This document shows positions 27,327 to 39,382 of a stretch of DNA of 64,000 nt, piece by piece (within the stretch, counting starts at the first letter, position 1; every line of letters starts with the position of its first letter). The stretch spans positions 5,704,001 through 5,768,000 of the forward strand of contig JANJGN010000041.1 in NCBI GenBank assembly GCA_026770705.1, written 5' to 3'. This DNA is from Isurus oxyrinchus. Its lineage: Eukaryota. The translations under genes and the position numbers were made by a program. The notes beneath the pieces are model-generated. The model was not told the DNA's origin, did no database searches, and saw nothing but the letters and a program-made list of their open reading frames with translations.

Positions 27327-27457
27327 TGAACGACGTTGCAATTGTGAGTCTTTCCCAAGGAAAGCGTGGTCTCTCCAAATGCATTACATACTATATAATG
27401 GCAATAGTAGCGACTGATCTGCTTGTTGTTTGTGCTGAAATCATACTGACCATTTAA
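27327..27457 (+). pseudogene. GPR139-like GPCR exon fragment (TM1 end to TM2), truncated
   Basis: Acceptor tctctctctcacag, then VNDVAIVSLSQGKRGLSKCITYYIMAIVATDLLVVCAEIILTI*. This closely follows the recalled shark GPR139-like motif NLVAIVILSRGKCGLSKCITRYLVAMAAADLLVV. Ends next to Gypsy sequence. Confidence 0.8.
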
Positions 27458-27499
27458 TTCTGGTCATTGAAGCCTGTGTTCCAGCTAGCTGCGACAGTG

Positions 27500-29765
27500 C
27501 TTTGTGGAGTCACATCAGCCACTATCTGTTTAACATTGATATCGCCCTTATGGTCATTGAGTTCTGGAATACACTCTGCCGCTGCTTCGTGGTAAGCTGT
27601 CTAACATAACTGTTTTATTTGTGGCTCTTTTTTTCTGTTACTTTTCCAAGTGCCTTAAGGTAAAGCCCTCACCTGCATTATCTTCAATTCCTTCTTTCTG
27701 AACAATGTTATCAAAGGCATTATAAGTTAAAGGAATTTCAACACGTTTTCCCTGACCTTTAGTTTACTGTTCTCCATGTTTCAAGCTGTGAGCCTGTGAT
27801 CTTGTTACTATGCAATCGGGAGAGAACCTAGGATGCTCTTTCTGTAAAACGTATGTTGAAAATACCTGTACATTTGCTAAACTACCATAGACATCAGCGA
27901 CGTTTGTGATCCAGCAATGACATTACCTACAACAAATTGGATCACTATAATTGGCAATTTTCCTGTCCTCAGACAATCAGCTCACCTGTTTTCCACTTAC
28001 TCTTAAGATGTTCACTCCACAATGAACTAGGCTTAGCATCTCCATGAACCCGAATTATTATCACCTGTTCTTGCAAAACTCCCTCTGAACAACAAAAATC
28101 ACTATCTGGCAACATTAAGACTGTCTAACCCATGTCATTCTTGAAATTCTAATATACTTTCCTGCTCTGCACTATACACATGGAAAGACTTCCGCATCAT
28201 TTACAAAATATTTAGACGTTTTCACTAACTGCTCCCCAGAACTCTCTTGCGTTAGTTCTGAACACATGCAAGTCATTCTTGACTTATCACTGATTCTTCC
28301 TTTCTTCACCTCTAAATGACCCGGTTTTTTTTTATCTACCTGAACCTCGGAAGCCACAATAGTTTTATACCCAGAAATTTCCTGCATCTGAATAATTAAT
28401 TCCATGTACTTGCCCTGAGATTTCCAATGCACTGACTTCTTGTGCCCAACTTTATTACTTTGAAAGTACTACAAATTTTGAGTGTCCCTTCTGTCTTTAG
28501 CACCGTCCGATTTAGTCTTTGTCAAAGAAAATGTTCCTTGGAATTTGCACCGACTCCCTCCATCCTGTCCTGAAACGCAATCCTTTCACCTTCCTATTTT
28601 GTATCCCTCACTTATTTAAAAATGCGCCAGAAAATAACCATTAGGTGTACGAGATAACTTCTAACGGTGAGCTATTTTTGCGGCATGTCTTAACGTTTTA
28701 ACCCTCTGTGCCTCAAAATGAGATCTCACTATCGAATGAAGCGAATCTTATATTTAATCTAAATCAACTACTTCTCTAAAGCAGCAAATGATGTCTCTAT
28801 ATTTAATGCCTAGATTTATCAATCGAATTTACTGTAATTACCTCTCCCAAACTCAGTTTACATTTGCCCAGGCTGCTTTCTTATACTCCTAAATTTCTTC
28901 ATTTCTGCCTCAAGATCCAACTCAAATGTACTCAAAATATGTATTTTATCACTTCAAAGTCCACTAGCTTTTCTTCTGACAGTGAGGCATAACCGCAGTG
29001 AGCTCTATCCAATAAACTATACGATAACTACAATGTCAAACTTACTTCTGGCCATTTAATCTGTGTATTATCTTCTCAAATTTTAACAGAGTGTGCCTTC
29101 ACAACTCTTTCGTCAATCTTTGGAAAAGCTTGCACAAGTTTAGATATCTGCCCAACGGGTTATAGGTTTTTCATCATCAGAACATTTATCAGCATCATAT
29201 GTCTCTTTTTGTGAACTCTAACGTATGAAAGTCAGAAGTTTCTGTCTCTTTCCTTCACAGTCTCCACAACTGTTAACCTTTCACTCAGGAGATCCAGTTT
29301 TCACATTTCCATTGTTTTTTTTTGAAACAATCTCTCTTTTGCTTTTCTTTTGCATACAATTCAAGTTTTTCCAGTTCCTTTGCTGATTGAAATTCAAGCC
29401 TCCTCAATACCAACTGGATTTCTACTACCTCCAGATTTGACTCAGTAGTTTCAGTGTTCACTTCCAACTTAAAATGCTGTGCTATCACTTCAACTATGTC
29501 TGCTTTCTTTGCTCCCACATTTAGCCTCAAAAGCAACTTAACCAACAGACCTGTTGCTTACCCTTAGATTATTTTCTTGTTAGCAAATTGGAGATATTCC
29601 TGCTGTTTCCAATAACAATTTAGCATTGATATGGGCATTGGCAGACTTTAAAAATACCTCACACCAACTCCTGAGTTCAACGTGCTTCTCGTACTTGCAA
29701 CCTTAATGTAAAACTACTCCAAGCCATTCAAATATTTTCAAACATAAAGCAACAAGCCCTCATTT
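27500..29765 (-). mobile_element. Gypsy (Gmr1-like) gag-protease region, decayed
   Basis: Gag N-terminus in ORF 29285-29545 (GAKKADIVEVIAQHFKLE), then LVQAFPKIDER...QIKWPE, a decayed zinc knuckle near 28450, a protease-like remnant near 28120 and the pre-integrase linker TAYHEAAAECIPE near 27570. Confidence 0.85.
29744..29762 (-). promoter_or_regulatory. Degenerate primer-binding site (tRNA-Pro-like)
   Basis: TGAGGGCTTGTTG on the minus strand lies between the putative LTR and gag. It partially matches TGGGGGCTCGTCCGGGAT. Confidence 0.35.
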
Positions 29766-29769
29766 TTTT

Positions 29770-30599
29770 ATGATGTGGAAAAAGAAAACTTGATCAAGCC
29801 GTCACAACGGTTTGCAATATGTACTTTTTTTCGAAGTGTCGTGAAGTGACAGGCAAGAAGTCCAGCAATGTTTTTGAAAATGAAATTAAACATTTAATAA
29901 CAACAGTAAAGATTTAAGTCAAATGCATAACTCTACAAATTAATGCAATAACAAATCCTAAAAAGGTCAATTAATTTGACTTCCATTTACAGCCTCTTTA
30001 AGGCAATAGTAAAACAAGAATCACATCCAGGCTAGTCCCCACAACACACTGGACAGAAGAATGCAAAGTGGCGTTTTTTACAGCTTGGATTTCTGTACAC
30101 ATCAGCTTAATCCTCAAACGATGGGGGATTTTCCCAATTTTGTTAGATGTTGCAATATCTCCTTTAAAAGAGAACTTCCACATCCTTGTTACATGTTTTT
30201 CCCGTTAATTGAAAATTTCATTTTCCCCATATGTATTTCGAACATTACTTTTTTTCCCTACAAAAAAAATTACATGGTGCTAATGTTACTGTTAACCTTT
30301 TTGAAAACAAAATATATGCACCGCTTTGCTTGTCTTCGGGATAGGTGTTGCATATAAACTACCCAGATTTATCTAAAATACAGACTCTAGTCATCTCACA
30401 TTCCAAATCTTCAGCCATGTTTAAATATTTTGCATTTCAACCCTTCCTTATTTTGTGTATTCAAGGCCTCCAGACTTATTAATTTAATTGCTGTCTGAAA
30501 TTAAATTAAATGACACACACACACGCACCGAAACTATCTGAAATCCACTATTAAACTACCTAACAATAAAATCACGAGAAATATTACACATTCGTCACA
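29770..30599 (-). mobile_element. Putative 5' LTR of the Gmr1-like element
   Basis: Begins TGTGACGAA on the minus strand, is AT-rich with an AATAAA-like signal, and ends just upstream of the PBS and gag. Confidence 0.55.
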
Positions 30600-31234
30600 A
30601 TATGGTTTTAATGGATTTCTAAAATGCATCACAACAAGCCCTGAAGTAAAGTATTGTTTTCAGTACTGGACACAACACTTTTACAATTATTTGAAAGCAT
30701 ATGGACGGTTGCAGAATAAATTCACCACTATTGCTCTAAGAAAGAGAAATATAAATTGCTTAGCAAGATCGTAGCATTTTACGTGGGAGTGGTTTAATAA
30801 GGCTTGATAGGGAGAGGGTTAATCAACTTCGTGGAGGTTTGAGTTTATTGCAAACAGGGTGGAGTGAATTGCTTTGCAAATGCTCGCAAGGAAAGGGCGG
30901 GTCTGTAGCCCAGGAACCGCCGGTGGTTCAATAAGCCTTGGGGAATGAGCCGGAAATTGACCTGTAAATTCAGCTGCGGGAGGATTTTCATAGAACACAT
31001 GCGCAGCAGGTGCTGGGCGATCAGAATCTGCTAATAAGCCCTGCGAGGGAGCTGGGCTTAATAAACCTCGGCGCCAATGAGGGTGGTGTTGGTGGGGGGA
31101 GGGGGTGGTTTGGTTATGGGGAGGAGGTGGTGGGGTTTAATGTAACTAAGTACCAGGTGGTGTATTACTAAATCCCAGGAGGAGGGAAAAGGCGGGCGCA
31201 GACCTATATGAAACGTGGACAGAAAACTGCTAAG

Positions 31235-31318
31235 AAAGCAAAAAATGAAAAAGCAAGAAAGAAAGAAAGAAAGAGGGAAAGAAAGACAGAGGGAAAGAAA
31301 GCAAGAAAAAAAAAATCA
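31235..31318. repeat. (GAAA)n purine-rich simple repeat
   Basis: aagcaagaaagaaagaaagaaagagggaaagaaagacag is directly visible. Confidence 0.85.
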
Positions 31319-32589
31319 GAGCAGCAATTTAATTAACCCGTTGGACCAGATCCTTGTTTCAACTTCAGGTAGAAAATATGGATCAATAGGCTCAGTTTAT
31401 GGGAACATTTTAATAAACTGCGCTGGGTGCAAGCGGGTTACAAACAACACCAGGTAAAAGTGGCTAATCCATGAATGCCGGTTAGGGGCCCATATTAGGA
31501 TTCAAAGACGTGACTGTTTTCACTAATAAAAACTGGGTGAGAGGGGGCAACGTTGTCAACCTTGATAGCGAGGAAACTGTTTGAAAGCTCTGGGAAGTGG
31601 GGGCTGGATCTTTCATCTCAGCTGAGGGGCTGATAAATAACAGGGTGTTCTGGGGTTAGTGTAAATGGCGATTAATATCAGGGAGGGGGCGTTTCCTAAT
31701 ATAGCCTGGTGGTAGGCTGGCGGTAAAAATGATAGCAAAAACAGTGACAACCGGTTGGTAATAACGCCGGGGAGATGTTGCAAATTATTTCACCCCTGGG
31801 CAAGCATGCGTTTTTATAATTGCATGAAGGGGATTTAGATTAAGAAACCCCAGCAGAGACAGAAGCTTACAAGCCACGGGCCTGGAAAACAAATTTATAT
31901 TCTAAGTAGTGAGCGAATGGTTGATGAAAAAGCACGAAGAGAGTGAGGATGGGGGAGTTAATACAACCTGCGGGAATGGTCTCAGATGTGATTGAGGGAG
32001 TTTTGAACATGGTTTTCAAGAGGCAATTGGTCTTGAGCTTGAAAGGGGAATATTTACCGTGCTACAGGGGAAGGGTGGAGCATGGGGACCAGATGAATAA
32101 CATTTGCAGGCTGCCAATACAGCTGTGAAGAACTGAATGGACTCCCTACCTCCTGTAAACATTCCATGATTTGCAAAGATTAAATTTAGTCACTAAACGT
32201 TTTTCTCGTTCTGCCATTGACAGGAACTGCATTTCAACTTCATAGACAAGTTATTTTGCTTAAATGTGAGAGTGTCCCTCGCTCTCCTCCCTTTTCAGAC
32301 AGTGAGATCCAAAGCCCAAAAAGCCTCTTGTTGAAAAAAGGACTCAATTTCAGTGTAACTTTTCCAACAGTTTCATTGAATCTCTTTAACCTGGACATTG
32401 GCCTCTCTGCCCATGGGAAGATGTTCTAACTATTCACTCTCTCTAGGTTCCCCATAATACTTTAACGCTGCATTATTGGTGGGAGGGTTTTGATGGACTG
32501 TACAATGCAGTGCAGACAGAAGTCTGAGCTTCTCCATTCTTTTTGATGAAATCAGAAAACCTTCAACGCATTGGCACCAATTTCCTGAA

Positions 32590-33150
32590 GGAGAATCTGG
32601 AAAAGTGAATCAATGCAGATCGAATTCTTCCACAACTACAAAACATCGTAGTAGCTGCAGACTAAAGCTCTGGATCAGTGGGTACATGATTCAGATTCGC
32701 CTCAGCAACATGGCAATGACTGCAGACTGGAGATCTGGAGAAATGCATACAGAGTTCAAAACCTTCTCCGCAACATCCCATGTACCACTGACTGCATACC
32801 TGGACCCATGAATACAGGATTGAAGTCCATCTCCAACCGTGGCTGGTGACTCCAGACTGGAAATCTGGATCATTGGCTATATTATTCACTTTCAACTGCA
32901 CAACATCCAAGGACCCCCAGGATGGAGATCTGGATAAGCGGAGACAAGATTTAAATCCTCATTCAACACATCCTTGTCCCTGCAGATTGGAGATCTGTAA
33001 CAGTGTATACAGGGTTTAAGTTCATCTCCAAAATATAATTGTTACTGTAGGCTGGAGATCTGCATCAGCGTATGCAGAATTTAAATACATTTCCAAAATT
33101 TCCATCTAACTGTAGGCTGGAGGTCTGAATCAGGGGATACAGGATTCTGC
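32590..33150. repeat. Degenerate minisatellite, unit about 65 bp, about 8 copies
   Basis: Recurrent actgcagactggagatctggatcagtg..tacaggatt..aa..catctccaa at roughly 60-70 bp spacing. Confidence 0.8.
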
Positions 33151-33741
33151 CAATCAACTTAAGTCGGGATTTCATTATTTTTAAAAGCATGCTTCAATAG
33201 ATAATTCATACTGTTTTTCCAGTTAACTTCCGAAAGCATAAAATGGGGCCGTTATCTCAAGCTCTTTGCTTTTCTGCTCCTCTTCAGTCCCAATGTCTCT
33301 AATTCAATTCTCATAAAAAATTCTTAGGCAAAGAGAAGCATATATCCAAAAGAGAAAAATCTACCCTCATTCCCCTCATCTACTCTTTACATTCATTAGA
33401 ACGTACATGGTCACCAAATTGACATTTTACATGAACGACACCGGAAGTGAGTTCTTCTAATTCCAATTTGATGTTGTGCCTTTTTATCCTAATTCTACAC
33501 CTTACCCTCAATCATTTTCACGGATCGCCATTAAGTTGCAATAGTGAACGCGTCATCTCGTTCATGAGACCTGGGAAGATTTTGTAGGGCAACGTGACGG
33601 GAGTCAGGTGACATGATCGCTCCAGGTCATGAGTTCCAGACTGGTAACGTGGGAGGTGTAGCTCGAGGTCAGCTCACATGCCGCTTTAAATATCGCCTTC
33701 GAAACAGAAAAGTCACGTTTCGGAACAACAAGAACGTTGTA

Positions 33742-33942
33742 GAGGCAGGAACGGAGGGAAAGACGGAAGCAGAGGCTGAAATTCTGAACGTGATGGAGTA
33801 TGATGATTTTCACTCTACGAAAGGAAAGAAACTGGAGGGCTCGGTTAATGCTTACGCTGTTAATGTGCACCGGAAAAGGCAGTATTGTCAGCACAATAAC
33901 AAGAAGGCCGGATTTAACAGGCCTCTGGATATCGTTGCATTA
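33742..33942 (+). pseudogene. SNRNP27: Intronless retrocopy of the U4/U6.U5 snRNP 27 kDa protein C-terminal domain, inside open ORF 33613-33960
   Basis: EGKTEAEAEILNVMEYDDFHSTKGKKLEGSVNAYAVNVHRKRQYCQHNNKKAGFNRPLDIVA aligns without gaps to the recalled SNRNP27 end [62 protein letters not shown]. The stop position reads TTA and the RS-rich N-terminus is absent. Confidence 0.9.
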
Positions 33943-35394
33943 CTGCTTCTTAGCTTGTAATGGCATGATGATAGCATGTGATGCTCGTCAAAATTGGTCC
34001 TGGGCGACAGGAATCATTTCTCATCTGCTATAACTTCCAGGCAGAGTCCTGCATTGTTTATTTTGCACCCCGGAATCATGCACTGGTGGCAGGATGACCT
34101 TGAAGCCTTACAGAGAAGGTATGAATGAATTTGGGATGATTGCTCTGCATTTTGTTTTAAAATTACAGCGCCATTAGCACTGAGTGATTATCGAATGCGC
34201 TGAAAAGGAAAATGTTTTGACAATATCTTTGAAAATGGAATCACACGTTTCACTCCAGGTGTTAGCATGTTTTGCCCTGTTTGTTCTTTCTTCAAATATA
34301 ATTATGTTTTCACAAAAGTAACTTATTAGCCTGTATCCGGTTTTTAATGTTGCTCAAGTTTTGAATTTATTGTTCAATTTATTTCTTCCAAGAAACAAAC
34401 TTGTTTTTTGTTCCAAGGAGCCGCCTGAACTGTTTCCGATTAGCGTTCTTCTTCTGAAAGTTGGAATTTGTTAATCTCCTTAAGCGCCAGCTACGTTTCC
34501 CCTTGAAAGCGGGAAATATAAGCTCATGTCTAGTTTCTTTTAGGAATTCTGGTTTCAGAAACAACTGTGCTCAAGCTTGGTGGTTTTCAAAACTGGTGTT
34601 GAGAAATCCGATCTTCATTGGTCGGTGAGTTTGCTCAGAAGTCCCGTTCTCAAGCACTCTTTCTCGAAAGACATGTAGTAGTAACAAGCAGCATGAACTG
34701 GTAAGGCCAGTCCTCTGGAACACAATTACATTATTCTCTGTCTTTAATGCAAAAAAACTCTTGGGTTCACACGGCGCTTTAATGAATAATCGTCTTTGTT
34801 AAAAAAACACAAGCAATTCATCGTGCCTATAACCCACAGTTCAATGGGTTGATATTTTCAGTCACGTCTGTAAATTTGGAACCTTGAAATCTAATTACGG
34901 CCAATATAATTCTGGTAATCAGAAGGTTATATGATTAACTAAAACGGAAGTGGCTATGAGCACATGATTAACTCCACAGCGTGTTTGGTGGTGGAGGGGT
35001 TTGGTTGTGGGAGTGGAGACAACTTCATTAATAATGATTTTCCTCTTTTGACAATTATGTCAGGAGCCAAACCTGACATCTTTAAACGTTTAAAGAGGTG
35101 CCTGACTCAAGATAAATCCAACCGAGGATCAGCTGCGTCAAAGTTCCAATTCACACTGTGGAACATTAAACACCCCCATTCCCCCTTGGGTGAGCTTGTA
35201 TCTATGTTAAAATTCCCACGTGCTTATGAACACATAATGACGTAAAAGAATTTTTAGTTCAAAACTTTTAACTTTAAACATGTTCTTTAAATTAGGCTTT
35301 CCTTTAATATGACTGATTAAACGTTTCCATATTCAAAGTGTCGAGCCTCCTCTGCGAAATTGAAGTTTACGGAAGAAAAAGCATTAAAAATTCA

Positions 35395-35520
35395 CGTACA
35401 CACGCACAGACACACACATACACAGACACCCACCGAAACATGCACACATACACAGACAGAAATATACACACAAGGAGAAACATGCATGAAAATAACACAC
35501 ACACAGACAAAAGCAGACAA
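35395..35520. repeat. (CA)n imperfect microsatellite
   Basis: cacacgcacagacacacacatacacagacac is directly visible. Confidence 0.85.
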
Positions 35521-35588
35521 ACTATCCACAAGGACTCTTTATTCCTCATTTTACTCTCTCCATTGACGACACAGCTAACGTAACAACA

Positions 35589-35790
35589 CAGAACCTACGA
35601 GAAGTGCTTATGTTTCTTCCTTCTTCTCACAAAATCAGTGAACGGAAGCATCTAAAAGAACAACAGCAATTACATTCATGACACACTTGATGTAAGAAAA
35701 CAGAACCTAAGAAGAGTGCTTTTGTTTCATTTTCCTTCTCATAGATTCAGTGGACGGAACCATCTAAAAGAGAAACGACAATAAAATGCA
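35589..35790. repeat. Direct duplication, period 112 bp, about 85 bp aligned
   Basis: cagaacctacgagaagtgcttatgtttc...ggaagcatctaaaaga versus cagaacctaagaagagtgcttttgtttc...ggaaccatctaaaaga. Confidence 0.85.
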
Positions 35791-37954
35791 ATTATGCACA
35801 GCACATTGGCAGCAGTCCAGGCTGCTTTAGCTGCAAGTTAGTGAGAAAATGCAAGCTGTAAGGAAAACAAATGCTACTCGAAAACAGCTTGTGATTATCG
35901 GCAATAGGGACGCCAAAAATAGGAAAACACATCTAGGAGAACATTGGCAGATGATTTGGCCAACTGTGAAATTCTATAAGTATACTGGGATACGTCTGTC
36001 ATGATTAAAGCTCACTTTATATCTCACATTAATAGTACTGACTGATTATTCCCCCAGACTTCTGCATCAACCCCCGTGTTGAACCAGCTATTGGAAGGTT
36101 TACTGGGGAAAGCGCAGTTGTCAATCTAAGCCAGTGTTATAATAGCCCTTGGAATGCTCGATGGGGGCATTGTAGACAGAGAGTTGTCCGTATCTAAATA
36201 CTTGCTGTACCAGTGCTGAGATGGGTATGATGGGGACAGTGAATAGGGAGGTTGTTTATATATCTCATCTAGTGTTGTACCTTCCCTTAGAGTGTTTGAT
36301 GTCTTTAGAGGGAATTTTTTCTGCATCAAACCACGTGAAATACAAGTTCATGCATCTGTGATTAGGAGCGTTTAGAGGAGACACTCTTCTATATATAACC
36401 AAATGCTATACCTGCCCTGGAAATGTTTGATTGGTCACTGTAGCCTCCCGCCCTGCCCTGGGAATTGTTGAAAATGGTGCTTTGATCTCCCACTGAGAGG
36501 CCTCCCGACTTGCCATGTTTAAACATGAACTATTCATTATTAACCCATAATGATGTACATATCTGATGTTCTGCAGCCACTTTATTAGTTGCTTCATACT
36601 TTGCTTCTAAGTCTACAATCATGTAACTCAATGCATCATACTGTTCACGGTACTATTCCCCATACCCACATTAACCCTTACTCTGCTGAAAACATTAAAA
36701 TTACAATCACCATGCTGCTACCGGCACATTAGCACCATCCTTTAAAACAGACCATCCTCCCGTCCATCTGAGTATAAGCATTTCCAATAAAACCTTTGTT
36801 TGCTACATTTCTCCAACACCAATACTGCCGCCCCGCAACTACCACCCACAGCACCCCCACTCCCACTCTCCCCACCCCCCAACCTCGCGCACCCGGCCAA
36901 TGCTATTACATCATGAATTCAGGTGTCTTAATATTTGACAATTCTTTCACATTCCTGTGTGTTCCGTGTGGATGAATGGTTTAAACAATTTTTTTGAGCT
37001 GACGTTTTCAGTTTAAGTTTGAGATTGTGATGCTCCGTATTTCTCGCACTTGTTTCTTTCCAATTGGATATTTGTGCTCCTTTGAGTTCCCTTTTTGATT
37101 ATCAGCATCCCATTTGATCTGCTCGGGCATCGTATGTTTGTTCCATTCCTTATTAGGAGAATAAGCACTCCGAGCAATACTGGAGTGGACTGGGATTTTC
37201 TTTTTCCGCTAGGTCCGCCATGATCCAGCTGGATGTTGATGTTTGACAAATGGAACATTAATTAAGTTCCACCAAAGTTGTGATTGCTCTTTTATCTTCA
37301 AGTCTTTTTGCACACTTCTGAACATTTTCCTTTAGCTCAGCAATTACTCAGGAAGTTGAGCTGCTTTTCCTTCAGTTATCTGTGAAATCTTTATACAAGG
37401 TTACGTTGACCTGTGCAGTCAGTTCCTTTCAGGTTTTTTACATGCCAATTGACTGCCGCTTTGATTCGCCCAGTCCAGTCTTTAAATCCTGAAACTGCTT
37501 GTTCGAGTTTTCAGTGTCTGGCTTCCCTCTCCCAAATGACGCATCTCATTCTCCATTTTCTTCACAATGGATGGCGGTTTAATTTTTTGGGGGTATTTTC
37601 ATGCTGAAGATCCAACATCTGAGCAAACTCAACCACTGTACGTGAAAGTTAGTTCTCTACACTGACCAGTTTTCGCTCAGCAGCGTCGCTTTCATGAGTG
37701 CCGTGCTGCACAGTCACATTCTTTAAGTTTACTTGACCTATTTGTAGATGAGAATCCTCAACTATTCTGAGAACTTTAACTTCTCCTTGCAACTGCTCAC
37801 TATTTCGCTGATGTTCCCGGTTCTTGATTTCTATTTCAGCCAGGTCACTTTTCAACAACCCTCAGTCCGTTTGAGGAATCCAGTGATTTTTCCTTTTTGT
37901 CTCTTGAGCTTCAGTATCAGATTCGCAAATTACAATCTTTTTCAATCTTTCTTC

Positions 37955-38340
37955 TTTTTTCTTCCACAGGGTGTGGGCGTAGCTGGAAAAAAGACATTTG
38001 TTTGCCTGTAGATTTTGCTTTTGAACTAAACTCACTAGGTGACTGCTGAGCGCAGTTTATAGCCGGCTGCATTGCTGGGTTCTTGGAGTCACTTGTCGGT
38101 CAAAACAATTCAGCAAGGCAGACATTCAATTAACGTACATTGGTGAAGTGATGGGATTTGATGATAATCGATGATAGTTTCATGGTGCCCATCACTGGGG
38201 CTAGCTTGCAATTACAGGTTTAAGAGCTGAATTCTAATTCCTCCAGCCGCCGTGGTGGATGTGGCGCCCATGCTTCCAGAGCAGTAGCCTGGGTCTCTGG
38301 GCTTCCAATGCAGTGACCCTGCCAGTTTGCCAGTGTCCCC
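37955..38340 (-). mobile_element. Near full-length tRNA-headed SINE with LINE-derived tail, inserted in the coiled-coil pseudo-exon
   Basis: Head at the right end (ggggacactggc...cccagagacccaggctactgctctgg on the minus strand). Tail gggtgtgggcgtagctgg with a T-run at the left. Degenerate flanking repeat tctttcttc / tccttcctc. Confidence 0.7.
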
Positions 38341-38519
38341 GTCCTTCCTCTACCTGAAGCAGTGATTTCTCCTTGTCCTTCATGTAGGTTTCACTGTTGG
38401 CCAGGCCAGACTCCGTTGACAAGTGAATTCTTTCAATTCTCCAAATGTTTTGTTCATAGCTTCATCACCTGCTCGCAGCTTTGGAAAAAGCTTTAACTTT
38501 TCCTTTCAATTTCAGCAGT

Positions 38520-39382
38520 TCTGATTCTGATATTGTCCAGCAGAGGGTAGATTGTTAAAGTTGTGTGTGTGATTCTGACATGGTCCAGCTGAGCGTAGAT
38601 TGGTAAAGGCCGGTGTGTGCTTCTGATATTGTCCAACAGAGGGTAGATTGGTAAAGGTATGTGTGTGATTCTGACATTGACCAGCAGAGGGTAGATTGGT
38701 ATAAAGTTTGTGTGTTGTTCTGACTTTGTCCAGCTGAGGGTAAATTGTTAAAGATGTGTTTGTGTGCGATTCTGATATTGTACTTGTGCAGCAGAGGGTA
38801 GATTGGTAAAGGTATGTGTGTGAACCTGATATTGTTCCTGTGTCGCAGAGGGTGGATTGGTAAAGGTGTGTGTGTGATTCTGACATTGACCAGTAGAGGG
38901 TAGATTGGTAAAGGTATGCATGTGATTCTGACTTTGTCCAGCTGAGTGTAGATTGTTAAAGATGTGTGTGTGTGATTCTGATATTGTGCTTGTGCAGCAG
39001 AGGGTAGATTGCTAAAGTTGTGTGTGTGATTCTGATATTGTGCTTGTGCAGCAGAGGGTAGATTGGTAAATATATGTGTGTGTATCTGATATTGTGATTG
39101 TGCAGCAGAGGGTAGATTGGTAAAGATGTGTGTGTGATTCTGATATTGTGCTGGTGCAGCAGAGGGTAGATTGCTAAAGGTGTGTGTGTGATGTTGAAAT
39201 TCTGTCACAGAGGGTGGATTGGTAAAGAGGAGTATGTGATTCTGACATTGGCCAGCAGAGTGCAGATTTGTTTGGGTGTGATTCTGACATTATCCAGCGG
39301 AGGGTTCATTGGTTAAAGTTTGTGTTTGATTCTGACATTGTCCAGTGGAGGGTAGATCGGTTAAAGTGTGTGTGTGTGTGAT
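38520..39382. repeat. Minisatellite with units of about 48 and 57 bp, about 16 copies
   Basis: Recurrent gtgtgtgattctga(t/c)attg...cagcagagggtagattggtaaag. This array produces the spurious ORFs 38512-38886 and 38555-39208. Confidence 0.95.

Noticed and set aside
38512-39208. Repetitive ORFs of 124 and 217 aa (NHTHTFTNLPSA repeats)
   Set aside because: By-products of a minisatellite with unit lengths divisible by three, inserted into another pseudo-exon.
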